A DNA stretch of 64,000 bases from the NCBI GenBank assembly GCA_044373675.1, contig JBILPT010000001.1, forward strand, positions 52,807-116,806. The letters are read 5' to 3'. This document shows, one piece after another, positions 37,249 to 46,612 of the stretch. The notes below the pieces were generated by a model. The model had not been told where the DNA came from. It saw only the letters and a list, made by a program, of their open reading frames with translations, and made no database searches. Made by a program: the position numbers and the translations under genes. Within the stretch, counting starts at the first letter, position 1. Each line of letters begins with the position of its first letter. The stretch is from Crocinitomicaceae bacterium (GTDB lineage Bacteria; Bacteroidota; Bacteroidia; Flavobacteriales_D; Crocinitomicaceae).

Positions 37249-37797
37249 ATGGAAAAACAAGTCATTCTCAATTCCAAGCACTTAGAACTTACATTGAAAA
37301 GACTTTCCCACGAATTAATTGAATCCCATAACGATTTTTCAGATACAGTTTTAGTTGGACTTCAACCAAGAGGAATCTATGTTGTTTCTCAGTTAAAAAA
37401 GCAACTGGAAATAATTTTAGGAAAAGAAATTGTTTGCGGAAATCTCGATATAACCTTTTTCAGAGATGACTTTAGAAGAAGAGAAAAACCACTTATTCCA
37501 AGCATCACAAATATTGATTTTAGCCTCGAAAATAAAAAAGTAGTTTTAGTAGACGATGTCTTATATACTGGACGAACAATTCGCGCTGGTTTAGATGCAT
37601 TACTAACATTTGGACGTCCATCGAAAGTAGAATTACTCGTATTAATTGACCGCCGTTTTCGCAGAGATTTACCCATTCAAGCAGACTATGTTGGAAAAAT
37701 GGTAGATTCCTTAATCTCTGAACGTGTATCAGTAGAATGGCAAGAAATAGAAGGTGAAGATAAAATAGTATTGTATACAAAAGATTCAAATGAATAA
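37249..37797 (+). CDS. pyrR: Bifunctional pyr operon regulator / uracil phosphoribosyltransferase PyrR
   Basis: PRPP-binding VVLVDDVLYTGRTIRA and DITFFRDD motif. ATG at 37249 preferred over the GTG at 37243. Confidence 0.88.
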   Translation: MEKQVILNSKHLELTLKRLSHELIESHNDFSDTVLVGLQPRGIYVVSQLKKQLEIILGKEIVCGNLDITFFRDDFRRREKPLIPSITNIDFSLENKKVVLVDDVLYTGRTIRAGLDALLTFGRPSKVELLVLIDRRFRRDLPIQADYVGKMVDSLISERVSVEWQEIEGEDKIVLYTKDSNE

Positions 37798-38719
37798 TTT
37801 AAGTGTAGATCATCTTACCGGAATAAAAGACCTCAGCAAAGAGGACATCGACTTAATCTTCAAAACCGCAGATAGCTTCAAAGAAGTAATTAACCGACCA
37901 ATTAAAAAAGTTCCTTCACTGAGAGATATTACAATTGCAAATATTTTCTTTGAAAATTCAACACGGACAAAACTTTCCTTTGAATTAGCAGAAAAAAGAC
38001 TTTCCGCTGACATTCTTAACTTCAGCTCGTCTGGGAGTTCAGTAAAAAAAGGAGAGACACTTATCGATACTGTAAATAATATCCTTTCCATGAAAGTGGA
38101 CATGGTCGTTATGCGTCATCCGAATCCGGGAGCAGCACTTTTCTTATCGAAAAAAGTGAAGGCCAAAGTCATAAATGCTGGAGATGGAACACATGAACAT
38201 CCTACTCAAGCACTTTTAGATGCTTACTCCATTCGTGAAAAACTTGGGGCTGTACAAGGTAAAAAAGTAGTTATCGTGGGAGATATTTTGCATTCTCGCG
38301 TAGCATTATCTAATATTTATTGTCTTCAGAAATTAGGTGCAGAAGTCATGGTTTGCGGTCCAACAACGCTTATTCCAAAAGACATGCATTTATTAAATGT
38401 TAAAATTTCACACAATCTAAGAGAAGCATTGGAATGGTGTGATGTTGCAAATATGCTAAGAATTCAGTCTGAAAGACAAGAAATTAGTTACTTTCCATCC
38501 TTAAGAGATTATTCAATGCAATTTGGATTAAACAAAGAAATTTTAAATAGTCTTTCAAAAGAAATTGTGGTAATGCATCCAGGTCCAATCAATCGTGGTG
38601 TTGAAATTACCAGCGATGTTGCGGATTCTAAACAAAGTATAATTTTAAATCAAGTTGAAAATGGAGTTGCAATTCGAATGGCGGTAATTTATTTACTCGC
38701 AGCGAAGATTGATCGCTAA
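37790..38719 (+). CDS. pyrB: Aspartate carbamoyltransferase catalytic subunit
   Basis: FFENSTRTKLSFELAEKRL, HEHPTQALLD, HPGPINRGVEI. Overlaps pyrR by 8 nt. Confidence 0.93.
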   Translation: MNNLSVDHLTGIKDLSKEDIDLIFKTADSFKEVINRPIKKVPSLRDITIANIFFENSTRTKLSFELAEKRLSADILNFSSSGSSVKKGETLIDTVNNILSMKVDMVVMRHPNPGAALFLSKKVKAKVINAGDGTHEHPTQALLDAYSIREKLGAVQGKKVVIVGDILHSRVALSNIYCLQKLGAEVMVCGPTTLIPKDMHLLNVKISHNLREALEWCDVANMLRIQSERQEISYFPSLRDYSMQFGLNKEILNSLSKEIVVMHPGPINRGVEITSDVADSKQSIILNQVENGVAIRMAVIYLLAAKIDR

Positions 38720-38726
38720 TTATTTT

Positions 38727-38734
38727 TACATTTG
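38727..38734 (+). promoter_or_regulatory. -7 promoter box for the STAS-rnz pair
   Basis: TACATTTG, 14 nt upstream of the ATG at 38749. Confidence 0.35.
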
Positions 38735-38748
38735 ACAAAACGATTAAA

Positions 38749-39090
38749 ATGAACTTTTCAACTGACCAATTAAGAAATGTCACTTTCGTTACTTCACACG
38801 TTGAGAAACTAGATGCATCTAATGCTCCAGAATTAAAGAGCCATTTCTTTTTATTGAATAACGCAGGGATCAATACTATTGTTTTAGATTTATCAAGATC
38901 AAAATATTGTGATTCATCAGGTTTAAGTGCAATATTGATAGGAAACAGACTTTGTAAAGATACAAATGGTAAATTCGTAATTTGCGGACTTCAGGGAAAT
39001 GTTCAAAAAATGATTGAAATTGCGCAACTTGATCGCGTATTTAAAATTTGTGATACAGTTGAAGAAGCCCAAGCTGCCATTGAATTTTGA
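38749..39090 (+). CDS. STAS-domain protein (anti-sigma-factor antagonist-like)
   Basis: SpoIIAA-like layout with the conserved DSSGLSAIL motif (nt 38911-38937). About 113 aa. Confidence 0.75.
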   Translation: MNFSTDQLRNVTFVTSHVEKLDASNAPELKSHFFLLNNAGINTIVLDLSRSKYCDSSGLSAILIGNRLCKDTNGKFVICGLQGNVQKMIEIAQLDRVFKICDTVEEAQAAIEF

Positions 39091-40001
39091 GTTTTAAGAT
39101 CACCATACTTGGAAGTGGTGCTGCTTTGCCAACAAATAAAAGAGGACCATCAGCTCAATACATCGATTGCATAAACCGACACTTACTAATTGACTGCGGA
39201 GAGGGGACTCAAATTCAATTACGAAAATTTGGAGTTCATTTTCAGAAAATCAATCATATTTTTATATCACACTTACACGGAGATCATTTTTTTGGTCTTC
39301 CAGGTTTGTTAAGCACCATGAATCTTTTAGGAAGAAATACTGGTCTTACAATTTATGGTCCTGAAAATCTTTATGCACTTTTAAATGATATTTTTAGCTG
39401 TGGTGGACAACAATTGAATTTTAATCTCAACTTTATTCCGATAGATTTCACTGAGGAAAAAGTCCTTTTTGAAGATAAACTGATTTGCATCAAAAGTTTT
39501 CCATTAAAACACAGAGTTCCAACCTGTGGCTTTAAAATTGAAGAAAAAACAAAAGAATACAGCATAAATGCAGAGGCAACAAAAAAACTCTCAATTCCCT
39601 TAAAAGATTATCCAAAACTTAAGCGAGGGGAAAATATTGTATTGGAAAATGGCAAACAAATTGATTTTAGAAGCTGTGTTCTAGAGCCAAAAAATCCTAG
39701 GTCTTACGCTTATTGCTCAGATACCTATCCAAGCGATAAATATTTGAATTCTATACAGGGGGTCGACTTGCTTTATCATGAAGCAACATTTACAGAAGAA
39801 CTTGCAGACCGAGCAAAGTCAACCCTACACAGTACCGCTAAAAAAGCTGCAGAAATAGCACAAAAAGCAAATGTTAAAAAATTAATGTTAGGGCACCTTT
39901 CTTCGCGATATGAAAATAGCGAAGGTCATTTGCTCGAAGCCACTCAAATATTTAAAGATACAATCGTAGCAGAAGATGGAATGGTGATTGAGCTCTTATA
40001 A
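39087..40001 (+). CDS. rnz: Ribonuclease Z (tRNA 3' endonuclease)
   Basis: ITILGSGAALP N-terminus, metallo-beta-lactamase motif ISHLHGDHFFGLPGLL, C-terminal HSTA..A and GHLS. TTG start in a TTGA overlap with the STAS stop. Confidence 0.88.
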   Translation: MSFKITILGSGAALPTNKRGPSAQYIDCINRHLLIDCGEGTQIQLRKFGVHFQKINHIFISHLHGDHFFGLPGLLSTMNLLGRNTGLTIYGPENLYALLNDIFSCGGQQLNFNLNFIPIDFTEEKVLFEDKLICIKSFPLKHRVPTCGFKIEEKTKEYSINAEATKKLSIPLKDYPKLKRGENIVLENGKQIDFRSCVLEPKNPRSYAYCSDTYPSDKYLNSIQGVDLLYHEATFTEELADRAKSTLHSTAKKAAEIAQKANVKKLMLGHLSSRYENSEGHLLEATQIFKDTIVAEDGMVIELL

Positions 40002-40029
40002 ATTAGTTAAGAGTCTACTTTACGAGACC

Positions 40030-41106
40030 TTATTTTTGAGCAAAACGATAAAGAACATAAGCAACTATACTAAAGAGAATATTCGGAATCCAGACCGCTA
40101 AAAGCGTAGGAAATCCAACATTTATAGCTGCTACAGTCGTCATCTTCATGGCAAAAATATAGATGAATACAAACCCCAAACCAATTGCGATATTTAATCC
40201 TATTCCACCTCTTTTTTTCTGAGAGGATACTGCAACTCCTATAATTGTTAAAATATAGGCGGCAAAAGGGTAAGAAGTACGCTGGTGCAACTCAATTTGA
40301 TAAGATGAAACAGCTGCAGATCCTTTTAATTTTTCTCGTGAGATTAAATTCCTTAACTCAGAAAATGTCATCGTTTCTGCAATTGTTTTTCGCTGCGCCA
40401 TTTCCTCCATTACAAAGTTAAAAACAGTATCTTTTTTTACGCCAAATTTGAGTGTTCCCTCAGGAAATAAGATATCTTTTTCGTAATAATCTTTTAATTG
40501 CCATTTATTTGTTCCCGGATAATTCTTTGCATAACGAGCTTTTAAAAAATAAACTACCTCATTACTGTCATTCCATCGTTGAATTGTGAAATCATGAACT
40601 TGTCCTTCAGAATTGGTATAATTTGAAAAATAAACAGATTGATTTCCAGGGTAATCAGCGTGATAATCTTCGACACTTATTTCATCCCGGTAATATTTTT
40701 CTTCAAATGCTAGGCGATTGTTGTTCGCCCATGGAACTATAAAGTGATTTAAAACAAGCGAAATAAGCATTAAAACAGTTGCTCCAATCAAATAGGGTCT
40801 GTAAAATCGAGTAAGAGGGCGACCACTAAACCAAATCGGAATAATTTCTGTGTCTTGTGCCATTTTTGCGGTAAACCAAATTACAGAAAGAAAAATAATC
40901 ATCGATGAAAACATATTTCCATAGAAAAGAATAAAATTCAAATAATAGTCAAAAAAAATAGCTGTTATCGGTGCTTTATTAGAAATAAACTCACTCAATT
41001 TTTCGGAAATATCAAATACCATTGCAAACAACATAATGATTCCCAACATAAAGAAGAATGTTGTTAGAAACTTTCGAATGATGTAGCGATCAATTAGTGT
41101 TAACAT
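40030..41106 (-). CDS. LptF/LptG-family lipopolysaccharide export permease
   Basis: LIDRYIIRKFL.TFFF N-terminus, 3+3 TM layout flanking a periplasmic domain (YjgP/YjgQ family). Confidence 0.8.
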   Translation of the reverse strand: MLTLIDRYIIRKFLTTFFFMLGIIMLFAMVFDISEKLSEFISNKAPITAIFFDYYLNFILFYGNMFSSMIIFLSVIWFTAKMAQDTEIIPIWFSGRPLTRFYRPYLIGATVLMLISLVLNHFIVPWANNNRLAFEEKYYRDEISVEDYHADYPGNQSVYFSNYTNSEGQVHDFTIQRWNDSNEVVYFLKARYAKNYPGTNKWQLKDYYEKDILFPEGTLKFGVKKDTVFNFVMEEMAQRKTIAETMTFSELRNLISREKLKGSAAVSSYQIELHQRTSYPFAAYILTIIGVAVSSQKKRGGIGLNIAIGLGFVFIYIFAMKMTTVAAINVGFPTLLAVWIPNILFSIVAYVLYRFAQK

Positions 41107-41115
41107 ATGATTTTC

Positions 41116-42246
41116 TTACAAACGTTGACTTAATTGTTTAACCATCTTCTCTTTCCACATAGAAAATTCTCCTGACTTGATTTTCTCTCTTGCCTCTTTC
41201 ATTAACCGAAGATAAAAAGATAAGTTGTGAATCGTGGCTATTTGTATCCCTAAATTCTCACCTGTTTTAATTAAATGGCGCAAATATGCTTTTGAATATA
41301 CTTGATCTACCCAAACAGGACTTTCTTTGTCGATTGGGGAAAAATCAGTGGCCCATTTTTCGTTTTTAATATTAATTGTCCCGTTTTCTGTAAATAACAT
41401 TCCGTGGCGAGCATTACGACTTGGCATGACACAATCAAACATATCAATTCCTAAGGCAATGCATTCCAATAAATTTTTTGGCGTGCCAACTCCCATTAAA
41501 TAGCGTGGTTTATCGGAGGGTAATATGGCACACACATGTTCTGTCATTTCATATAATTCATCTTCTGGTTCCCCAACGGATAAGCCGCCAATCGCATTGC
41601 CATCTGCACCAAATGACGCAATTGTTTCTGCTGATTCTGTTCGTAAATCTTTGTATGTGCTTCCTTGAACGATTGGAAAAAGACTTTGATTATATCCGTA
41701 CTTTGGTTCAGTGGCATTAAAAGCCTCAAAACAACGATGCAGCCAACGGTGAGTCATTTGCATAGATTTTTTTGCGTAATTATAATCACAAGGATAAGGC
41801 GTGCATTCATCAAAAGCCATAATTACATCTGCACCTATAGATCGTTGAATTTCAATTGCCCGTTCAGGAGTAAAAAAATGATAAGAGCCATCGATATGAG
41901 ATTGAAATTTTACGCCCTCTTCATTTATTTTTCTGGAACCTGACAATGAATAAACTTGGTAACCGCCACTATCTGTTAGCATCGGACGATCCCAAGAAAT
42001 AAACTTATGCAAACCTCCTGCTTTTTCTATTATTTCTGTTCCAGGTCTTAAAAATAAATGGTAAGTGTTTCCAAGAATGATTTGTGCTTGAATATCTTCG
42101 CTTAATTCTTTTTGATGAACTCCTTTCACAGAACCTCCAGTTCCAACTGGCATGAAGATTGGAGTCTCAATTATACCGTGGTCTGTGTGTAATAATCCTG
42201 CTCTGGCTTTAGAAGATTTATCGTGACTTATTAATTCAAAGTGCAT
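41116..42246 (-). CDS. tgt: Queuine tRNA-ribosyltransferase (tRNA-guanine transglycosylase)
   Basis: ARAG.L.T.HG.I.TP.FMPVGT, LTDSGGYQV, MAFDEC, DMFDCVMPSRNARHG. The internal ATG at 42246 (MHFELIS...) is preferred. The longer ORF-track start (42324) would abut the divergent gene's start codon. Confidence 0.93.
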   Translation of the reverse strand: MHFELISHDKSSKARAGLLHTDHGIIETPIFMPVGTGGSVKGVHQKELSEDIQAQIILGNTYHLFLRPGTEIIEKAGGLHKFISWDRPMLTDSGGYQVYSLSGSRKINEEGVKFQSHIDGSYHFFTPERAIEIQRSIGADVIMAFDECTPYPCDYNYAKKSMQMTHRWLHRCFEAFNATEPKYGYNQSLFPIVQGSTYKDLRTESAETIASFGADGNAIGGLSVGEPEDELYEMTEHVCAILPSDKPRYLMGVGTPKNLLECIALGIDMFDCVMPSRNARHGMLFTENGTINIKNEKWATDFSPIDKESPVWVDQVYSKAYLRHLIKTGENLGIQIATIHNLSFYLRLMKEAREKIKSGEFSMWKEKMVKQLSQRL

Positions 42247-42323
42247 AAATATGTTGAAAAAAACTTTGGGTAAAGATACGGGTATTTGATTTCGCAAGGC
42301 ATCTTTGTACTCAAGTTTTAACA

Positions 42324-43460
42324 ATGTCCAACATTTCTGATTTTTTTATCACCTTCTTTCCACTAATTTTTGTCGTTTTTATTCTTGCTGCGACTATTCA
42401 ATTTTTATTTACAAGCATAATTCATGGGCGCTTATCTTTTTATAAAAAGCGTGAATACAAGCCAACAGAAAAAGCCATCCCCGTAAGCATAATCATTGCA
42501 GCAAGAAATGACTCAGATAATTTATATGAAAACTTGCCTTCAATTTTAAATCAAGATTACCCAGAATTTGAAGTAATTGTGGTGAATAATCAATCAATAG
42601 ACGAAAGTGGTTGGTTATTAACCGCTTTTCAACAGCAATTTAAAAATCTTCGGGTTGTCGAATTAGAAAAAAATAAGCACCTTAGACCGGGAAAAAAACT
42701 GCCAATTACACTTGCCATTAAAGCCGCAAAATACGAGCATTTTTTACTTACAGATGCAGATTGCAAACCAAAAAGTAATCAATGGATTAGTAAAATGTCA
42801 AATCAATTTTCTTCCAAAAATGAAATTATTATTGGTTATGCTCCATATATAAAGGGTAAAGGATTTCTTAATAATTTAATTCGTTTTGATACAGCTTGGG
42901 TTGGGATAAATTATTTTTCTATGGCGCTGGCTAAATTGCCTTACATGGCAGTAGGTAGAAATTTAGCTTATACCAAAAAAGTTTTTCATTCTGTTAATGG
43001 TTTTAAATCACATTATGCAATTCCATCAGGTGATGATGATTTATTTATTCAAGAAGCTGCCAAAAAATCAAATTATTCTGTAGAAATTGACCCTGAAACC
43101 TTTTGTTATTCTTCAGCTCCAAGTACTTGGTCAACATGGATGGCTCAAAAAGCAAAACTTTATGCCACTTCTAACAGACATAGGCTTATCAAGAAAAGTT
43201 TGTTAGGAATTTATCCTATTTCAGTGATTTTAATGTGGTTTTTGTTTGTTACTTTGCTTTTTAGTACTGATTTTAGAAATTTATCTACAGTAATTTTTAT
43301 AGCTGTAATCTCATACAAATGGCTAATACAAGGTCGATGCATAATGAAACTGAAAGAAAATAATTTTATAAAATTTTTGCCCTTTTGGGATCTTTTATAT
43401 GCTATTCTTATGCCAATAATTTATTATGTGACTGAGCGTCAAAAGTTTTATAAATGGTAG
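42324..43460 (+). CDS. Family 2 glycosyltransferase, membrane-anchored
   Basis: VSIIIAARNDSDNL...LNQDYPEFEVIVVNNQSIDES and TDADC motifs, with N- and C-terminal TM helices. Confidence 0.8.
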   Translation: MSNISDFFITFFPLIFVVFILAATIQFLFTSIIHGRLSFYKKREYKPTEKAIPVSIIIAARNDSDNLYENLPSILNQDYPEFEVIVVNNQSIDESGWLLTAFQQQFKNLRVVELEKNKHLRPGKKLPITLAIKAAKYEHFLLTDADCKPKSNQWISKMSNQFSSKNEIIIGYAPYIKGKGFLNNLIRFDTAWVGINYFSMALAKLPYMAVGRNLAYTKKVFHSVNGFKSHYAIPSGDDDLFIQEAAKKSNYSVEIDPETFCYSSAPSTWSTWMAQKAKLYATSNRHRLIKKSLLGIYPISVILMWFLFVTLLFSTDFRNLSTVIFIAVISYKWLIQGRCIMKLKENNFIKFLPFWDLLYAILMPIIYYVTERQKFYKW

Positions 43461-44059
43461 AATTCGAACATTTATCCGATAAAGCAAAACAAGATTTAGT
43501 TCTTGTTGAAGAAGCTAAAAAAGGAAAGCAAGCAGCCTATGCAGAACTAATGGATCGTTACCGTGATTCAATTTATTTTACGATGCTCAAAATGGTAAAA
43601 AATACAGACGATGCAGACGATTTAACAATTGAAGCATTTGGTAAAGCATTTAACCGACTTGAGCAATATTCACCAAGTTTTGCTTTCAGTACCTGGCTTT
43701 TTAAAATTGCCTCAAATAATAGTATTGATTTCATCAGAAAAAAAAGAATACAGGTTACCTCAATGGACTCTGGATTAACAAATAGTGAGGGAGATGCTAT
43801 GCAAATTGATGCACGTTCTACCGGTTTAAATCCTGAAGAATCGATTATTCAAGGACAAAGAATAGACCACATGCGCTTACTTGTAAGTAAACTTAAACCA
43901 AAATACCGCGAGCTTGTGGAAAAAAGATATTTTGAGGAAATGAGCTATGAAGAAATTGCGGAAGAAATGAACCTACCCTTAGGAACTGTAAAAGCACAAT
44001 TATTTAGAGCACGAGATTTCCTTGCTTCTATGATTGAAAAAACAAAAGAAAGTATTTAA
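43454..44059 (+). CDS. ECF-type RNA polymerase sigma-70 factor
   Basis: Region 2 (DDADDLTIEAFGKAF..L..Y......FSTWLFKIASNNSIDFIRKK) and region 4 (MSYEEIAEEMNLPLGTVKAQLFRAR). 7-nt overlap with the glycosyltransferase gene. Confidence 0.85.
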   Translation: MVEFEHLSDKAKQDLVLVEEAKKGKQAAYAELMDRYRDSIYFTMLKMVKNTDDADDLTIEAFGKAFNRLEQYSPSFAFSTWLFKIASNNSIDFIRKKRIQVTSMDSGLTNSEGDAMQIDARSTGLNPEESIIQGQRIDHMRLLVSKLKPKYRELVEKRYFEEMSYEEIAEEMNLPLGTVKAQLFRARDFLASMIEKTKESI

Positions 44060-44062
44060 TAA

Positions 44063-44683
44063 GTGAAAGAAATTCTTCACTATTTCCCGAATTTATCACA
44101 AGAACAGGTTCAACAATTCGAAAGATTAAAAGACCTCTACGAAGAATGGAATCAACAAATTAATGTGATTTCACGAAAAGACACAGAAAATTTTTACGAA
44201 AGACATGTCTTGCATTCATTGGGTCTTGCAAAAATAATTCACTTTCAAAAAGATTCCGAAATTCTTGATGTTGGAACAGGGGGTGGATTCCCAGGAATTC
44301 CAATGGCTATAATGTTTCCAGATGTGCAGTTTACCTTAGTTGATTCGATTGGCAAGAAGATAAAAGTTGTAAATGAAGTTTGTGCAGCTCTCGGTTTAAA
44401 AAACGTTACGGGCTTACATTTGAGAGCTGAAGATGTAAAAGGGAATTTTGATTTTGTAATAAGTCGAGCAGTTACCCAAATGCCTATTTTTATAAATTAT
44501 GTTAGAAATAAGATAAAAAAAGAACGCAACAACAAACTAAAAAATGGAATCCTTTATTTGAAAGGTGGGGATTTAAAAGAAGAAATGAAATCTGTAAAAT
44601 ACCGCTACAAAGAATTTAATTTAAGTAGCTTTTTTAAAGAAGAATTTTTTGAAACAAAAAAAATAATTCACGTAATTATCTAA
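44063..44683 (+). CDS. rsmG: 16S rRNA (guanine527-N7)-methyltransferase
   Basis: HVLHSL and SAM-binding ILDVGTGGGFPGIPMAI motifs. GTG start. Confidence 0.88.
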   Translation: MKEILHYFPNLSQEQVQQFERLKDLYEEWNQQINVISRKDTENFYERHVLHSLGLAKIIHFQKDSEILDVGTGGGFPGIPMAIMFPDVQFTLVDSIGKKIKVVNEVCAALGLKNVTGLHLRAEDVKGNFDFVISRAVTQMPIFINYVRNKIKKERNNKLKNGILYLKGGDLKEEMKSVKYRYKEFNLSSFFKEEFFETKKIIHVII

Positions 44684-45066
44684 TTTAATAACGGAGGATA
44701 AACCATCTTAAAAGATGGGATTTCAATCGTAAATTCTTCGTTAGTTTCTATGTTTAAAAAAGTATAAAATCCACTCATTCTTCCATAGGGATTCCATAAT
44801 TCACAACCACTAATGTACTCAAAGGACTCATTTTTGCCTAAAATTGGTTGTTCTCCTATTACGCCTGAACCACTTACAACACTTGAACCAAGAGTGAGAT
44901 GTTCAATTTTCCAATATCGATGGGTCAATTGAACACGATCATTACTCGTATTTTGAATGTTGATTTTGTAATTAAAGAAAAAATTATTGTTCTCAACATC
45001 TGACAAGTCTTCTCGAAACCAAGTAGAAACTAAAATAATTATTTTTTGCTCTATTTTTTGTTCCAT
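44680..45066 (-). CDS. apaG: ApaG (DUF525) protein
   Basis: F.Y.I.I.N......VQLTHRYWKI.......V.GSGVIGEQP.L..NESFEY.SGC.L....G.M.G.Y pattern. About 128 aa. Confidence 0.85.
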   Translation of the reverse strand: MEQKIEQKIIILVSTWFREDLSDVENNNFFFNYKINIQNTSNDRVQLTHRYWKIEHLTLGSSVVSGSGVIGEQPILGKNESFEYISGCELWNPYGRMSGFYTFLNIETNEEFTIEIPSFKMVYPPLLN

Positions 45067-45197
45067 AAACTTTACTTAATAATCATAAATATAACGAAAA
45101 TTACTAAAAGTTGTTGAATTTCTGCTCTTATTTAAATTCATTCCAAATTTCTAAAAAAATGATGAAAAGAAAAAGCATTCTATCAAAATAAATTGAG

Positions 45198-45205
45198 TAA
45201 TTTTG
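45198..45205 (+). promoter_or_regulatory. -7 promoter box for the nqr operon
   Basis: TAATTTTG, 27 nt upstream of the ATG at 45233. Confidence 0.4.
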
Positions 45206-45232
45206 TGCAGAATTTATAAAAACACTCTCTTC

Positions 45233-46594
45233 ATGTCACGATTAGTCAGTATTCACAAAGGCTTAGACATTAGGTTACAAGGATTAGCGGAAAAGCAGCT
45301 AAAAATTTTACCGAATTCAAGAATAATTTGTGTAAGTCCCTTAGACTTTCATGGTTTAAATCCAAAATTACTTGTTAAAGAAGGTGATTCTGTAAAAATT
45401 GGTGATTCTCTTTTTTTTGATAAAACAAATGAGGCGGTTCAATTTGTGACTCCAGCAAGCGGAACTGTAAAATCAATAATTCGAGGTGAAAAAAGAAAAA
45501 TTTTACAAGTTTTAATCGAAACTAGTGAAAATCAAGAATATAAAAATGGATCAGCCGTAGATGTAAGCAAACTTTCTTCTGAAGAATTAAAAACAAAAAT
45601 GCTTGCTTGTGGTTTGTGGCCTTTTATAAAACAAAGACCCATAGATGTAATTGCTGATCAGAATCAAGAACCAAAAGCAATATTTGTTTCAGCATTTGAT
45701 AGTTCGCCTCTAGCGCCAGATTATAATTTTATCTTGGAGGGCAGACAGGAAGATTTACAAACTGGATTTAATGCTCTTTGCAAATTAACTAAAGGAAAGG
45801 TACATTTGAATATTGATGCTAAAAATGATAGCGCACTATTTTCAAATATTAAAGGAGTTGAAATAAACAAATTCGCAGGAAAACACCCTGCAGGAAATGT
45901 GGGTACACAAATCCATCATATTGACCCAATTAATAAAGGCGAATATATTTGGACAATCAATATTCAGGATCTTGTAATCATTGGTAATTATTTTAATACG
46001 GGAAAATTAAATGCTCGTAGAACAATTGCTCTATCTGGCTCTGAAGTAAGTGAGCCCCAGTATTACAATGTGCTTATCGGAACTAACCTAGATGGTATTT
46101 TAAAAGGGAAAGTTAAAGGAAATCATGTTCGTTTTATTTCTGGAAATGTATTGACAGGAGATCAAAAACAACAAAATGATTATTTAGGATATTATCACAA
46201 TCAAATTACAGTTATTCCTGAAGGGGACAATTATAAATTCTTCCTCACAAAAGGTTGGTTAGGACTTGGTTTTGATAAGTTTTCTAATTCGCGACTTTTC
46301 CCTACTTTTTTACTGCCAAAATCAAAACAATTTGTTTTAGATACCAATACTAATGGCGAGGAAAGAGCTTTTGTTGTAACTGGTGAACTAGAAAGAGTAT
46401 TTCCTTTCGATATTTTCCCAATGCAATTAGTGAAAGCTGCAATGACTAAAGATATTGATGGAATGGAAAATTTGGGGATTTATGAAGTTGCACCGGAGGA
46501 TTTTGCCTTGTGCGAATATGTTTGCACAACAAAAATTAATATCCAAGACGAAATCCGAAAAGGATTAGACATAGTTGCTGAAGAATGTTTGTAA
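45233..46594 (+). CDS. nqrA: Na+-translocating NADH:quinone oxidoreductase subunit A
   Basis: N-terminus IHKGLDIRLQG and first position in the nqrA-F operon. The ATG at 45233 is preferred because the TTG at 45203 lies inside the predicted -7 promoter box. Confidence 0.9.
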   Translation: MSRLVSIHKGLDIRLQGLAEKQLKILPNSRIICVSPLDFHGLNPKLLVKEGDSVKIGDSLFFDKTNEAVQFVTPASGTVKSIIRGEKRKILQVLIETSENQEYKNGSAVDVSKLSSEELKTKMLACGLWPFIKQRPIDVIADQNQEPKAIFVSAFDSSPLAPDYNFILEGRQEDLQTGFNALCKLTKGKVHLNIDAKNDSALFSNIKGVEINKFAGKHPAGNVGTQIHHIDPINKGEYIWTINIQDLVIIGNYFNTGKLNARRTIALSGSEVSEPQYYNVLIGTNLDGILKGKVKGNHVRFISGNVLTGDQKQQNDYLGYYHNQITVIPEGDNYKFFLTKGWLGLGFDKFSNSRLFPTFLLPKSKQFVLDTNTNGEERAFVVTGELERVFPFDIFPMQLVKAAMTKDIDGMENLGIYEVAPEDFALCEYVCTTKINIQDEIRKGLDIVAEECL

Positions 46595-46612
46595 TACTAA
46601 AAAAATAGAACA

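Noticed and set aside
45203-45232. N-terminal extensions offered by the ORF track: nqrA 45203, tgt 42324, gcvH 63301, nhaD 32718, FKBP 4269, pyrR 37243.
   Set aside because: The extensions start at TTG or GTG or add non-conserved residues. They also overlap predicted -7 boxes (nqrA, gcvH, pyrR) or the divergent neighbour's start (tgt). Internal ATGs give canonical N-termini.
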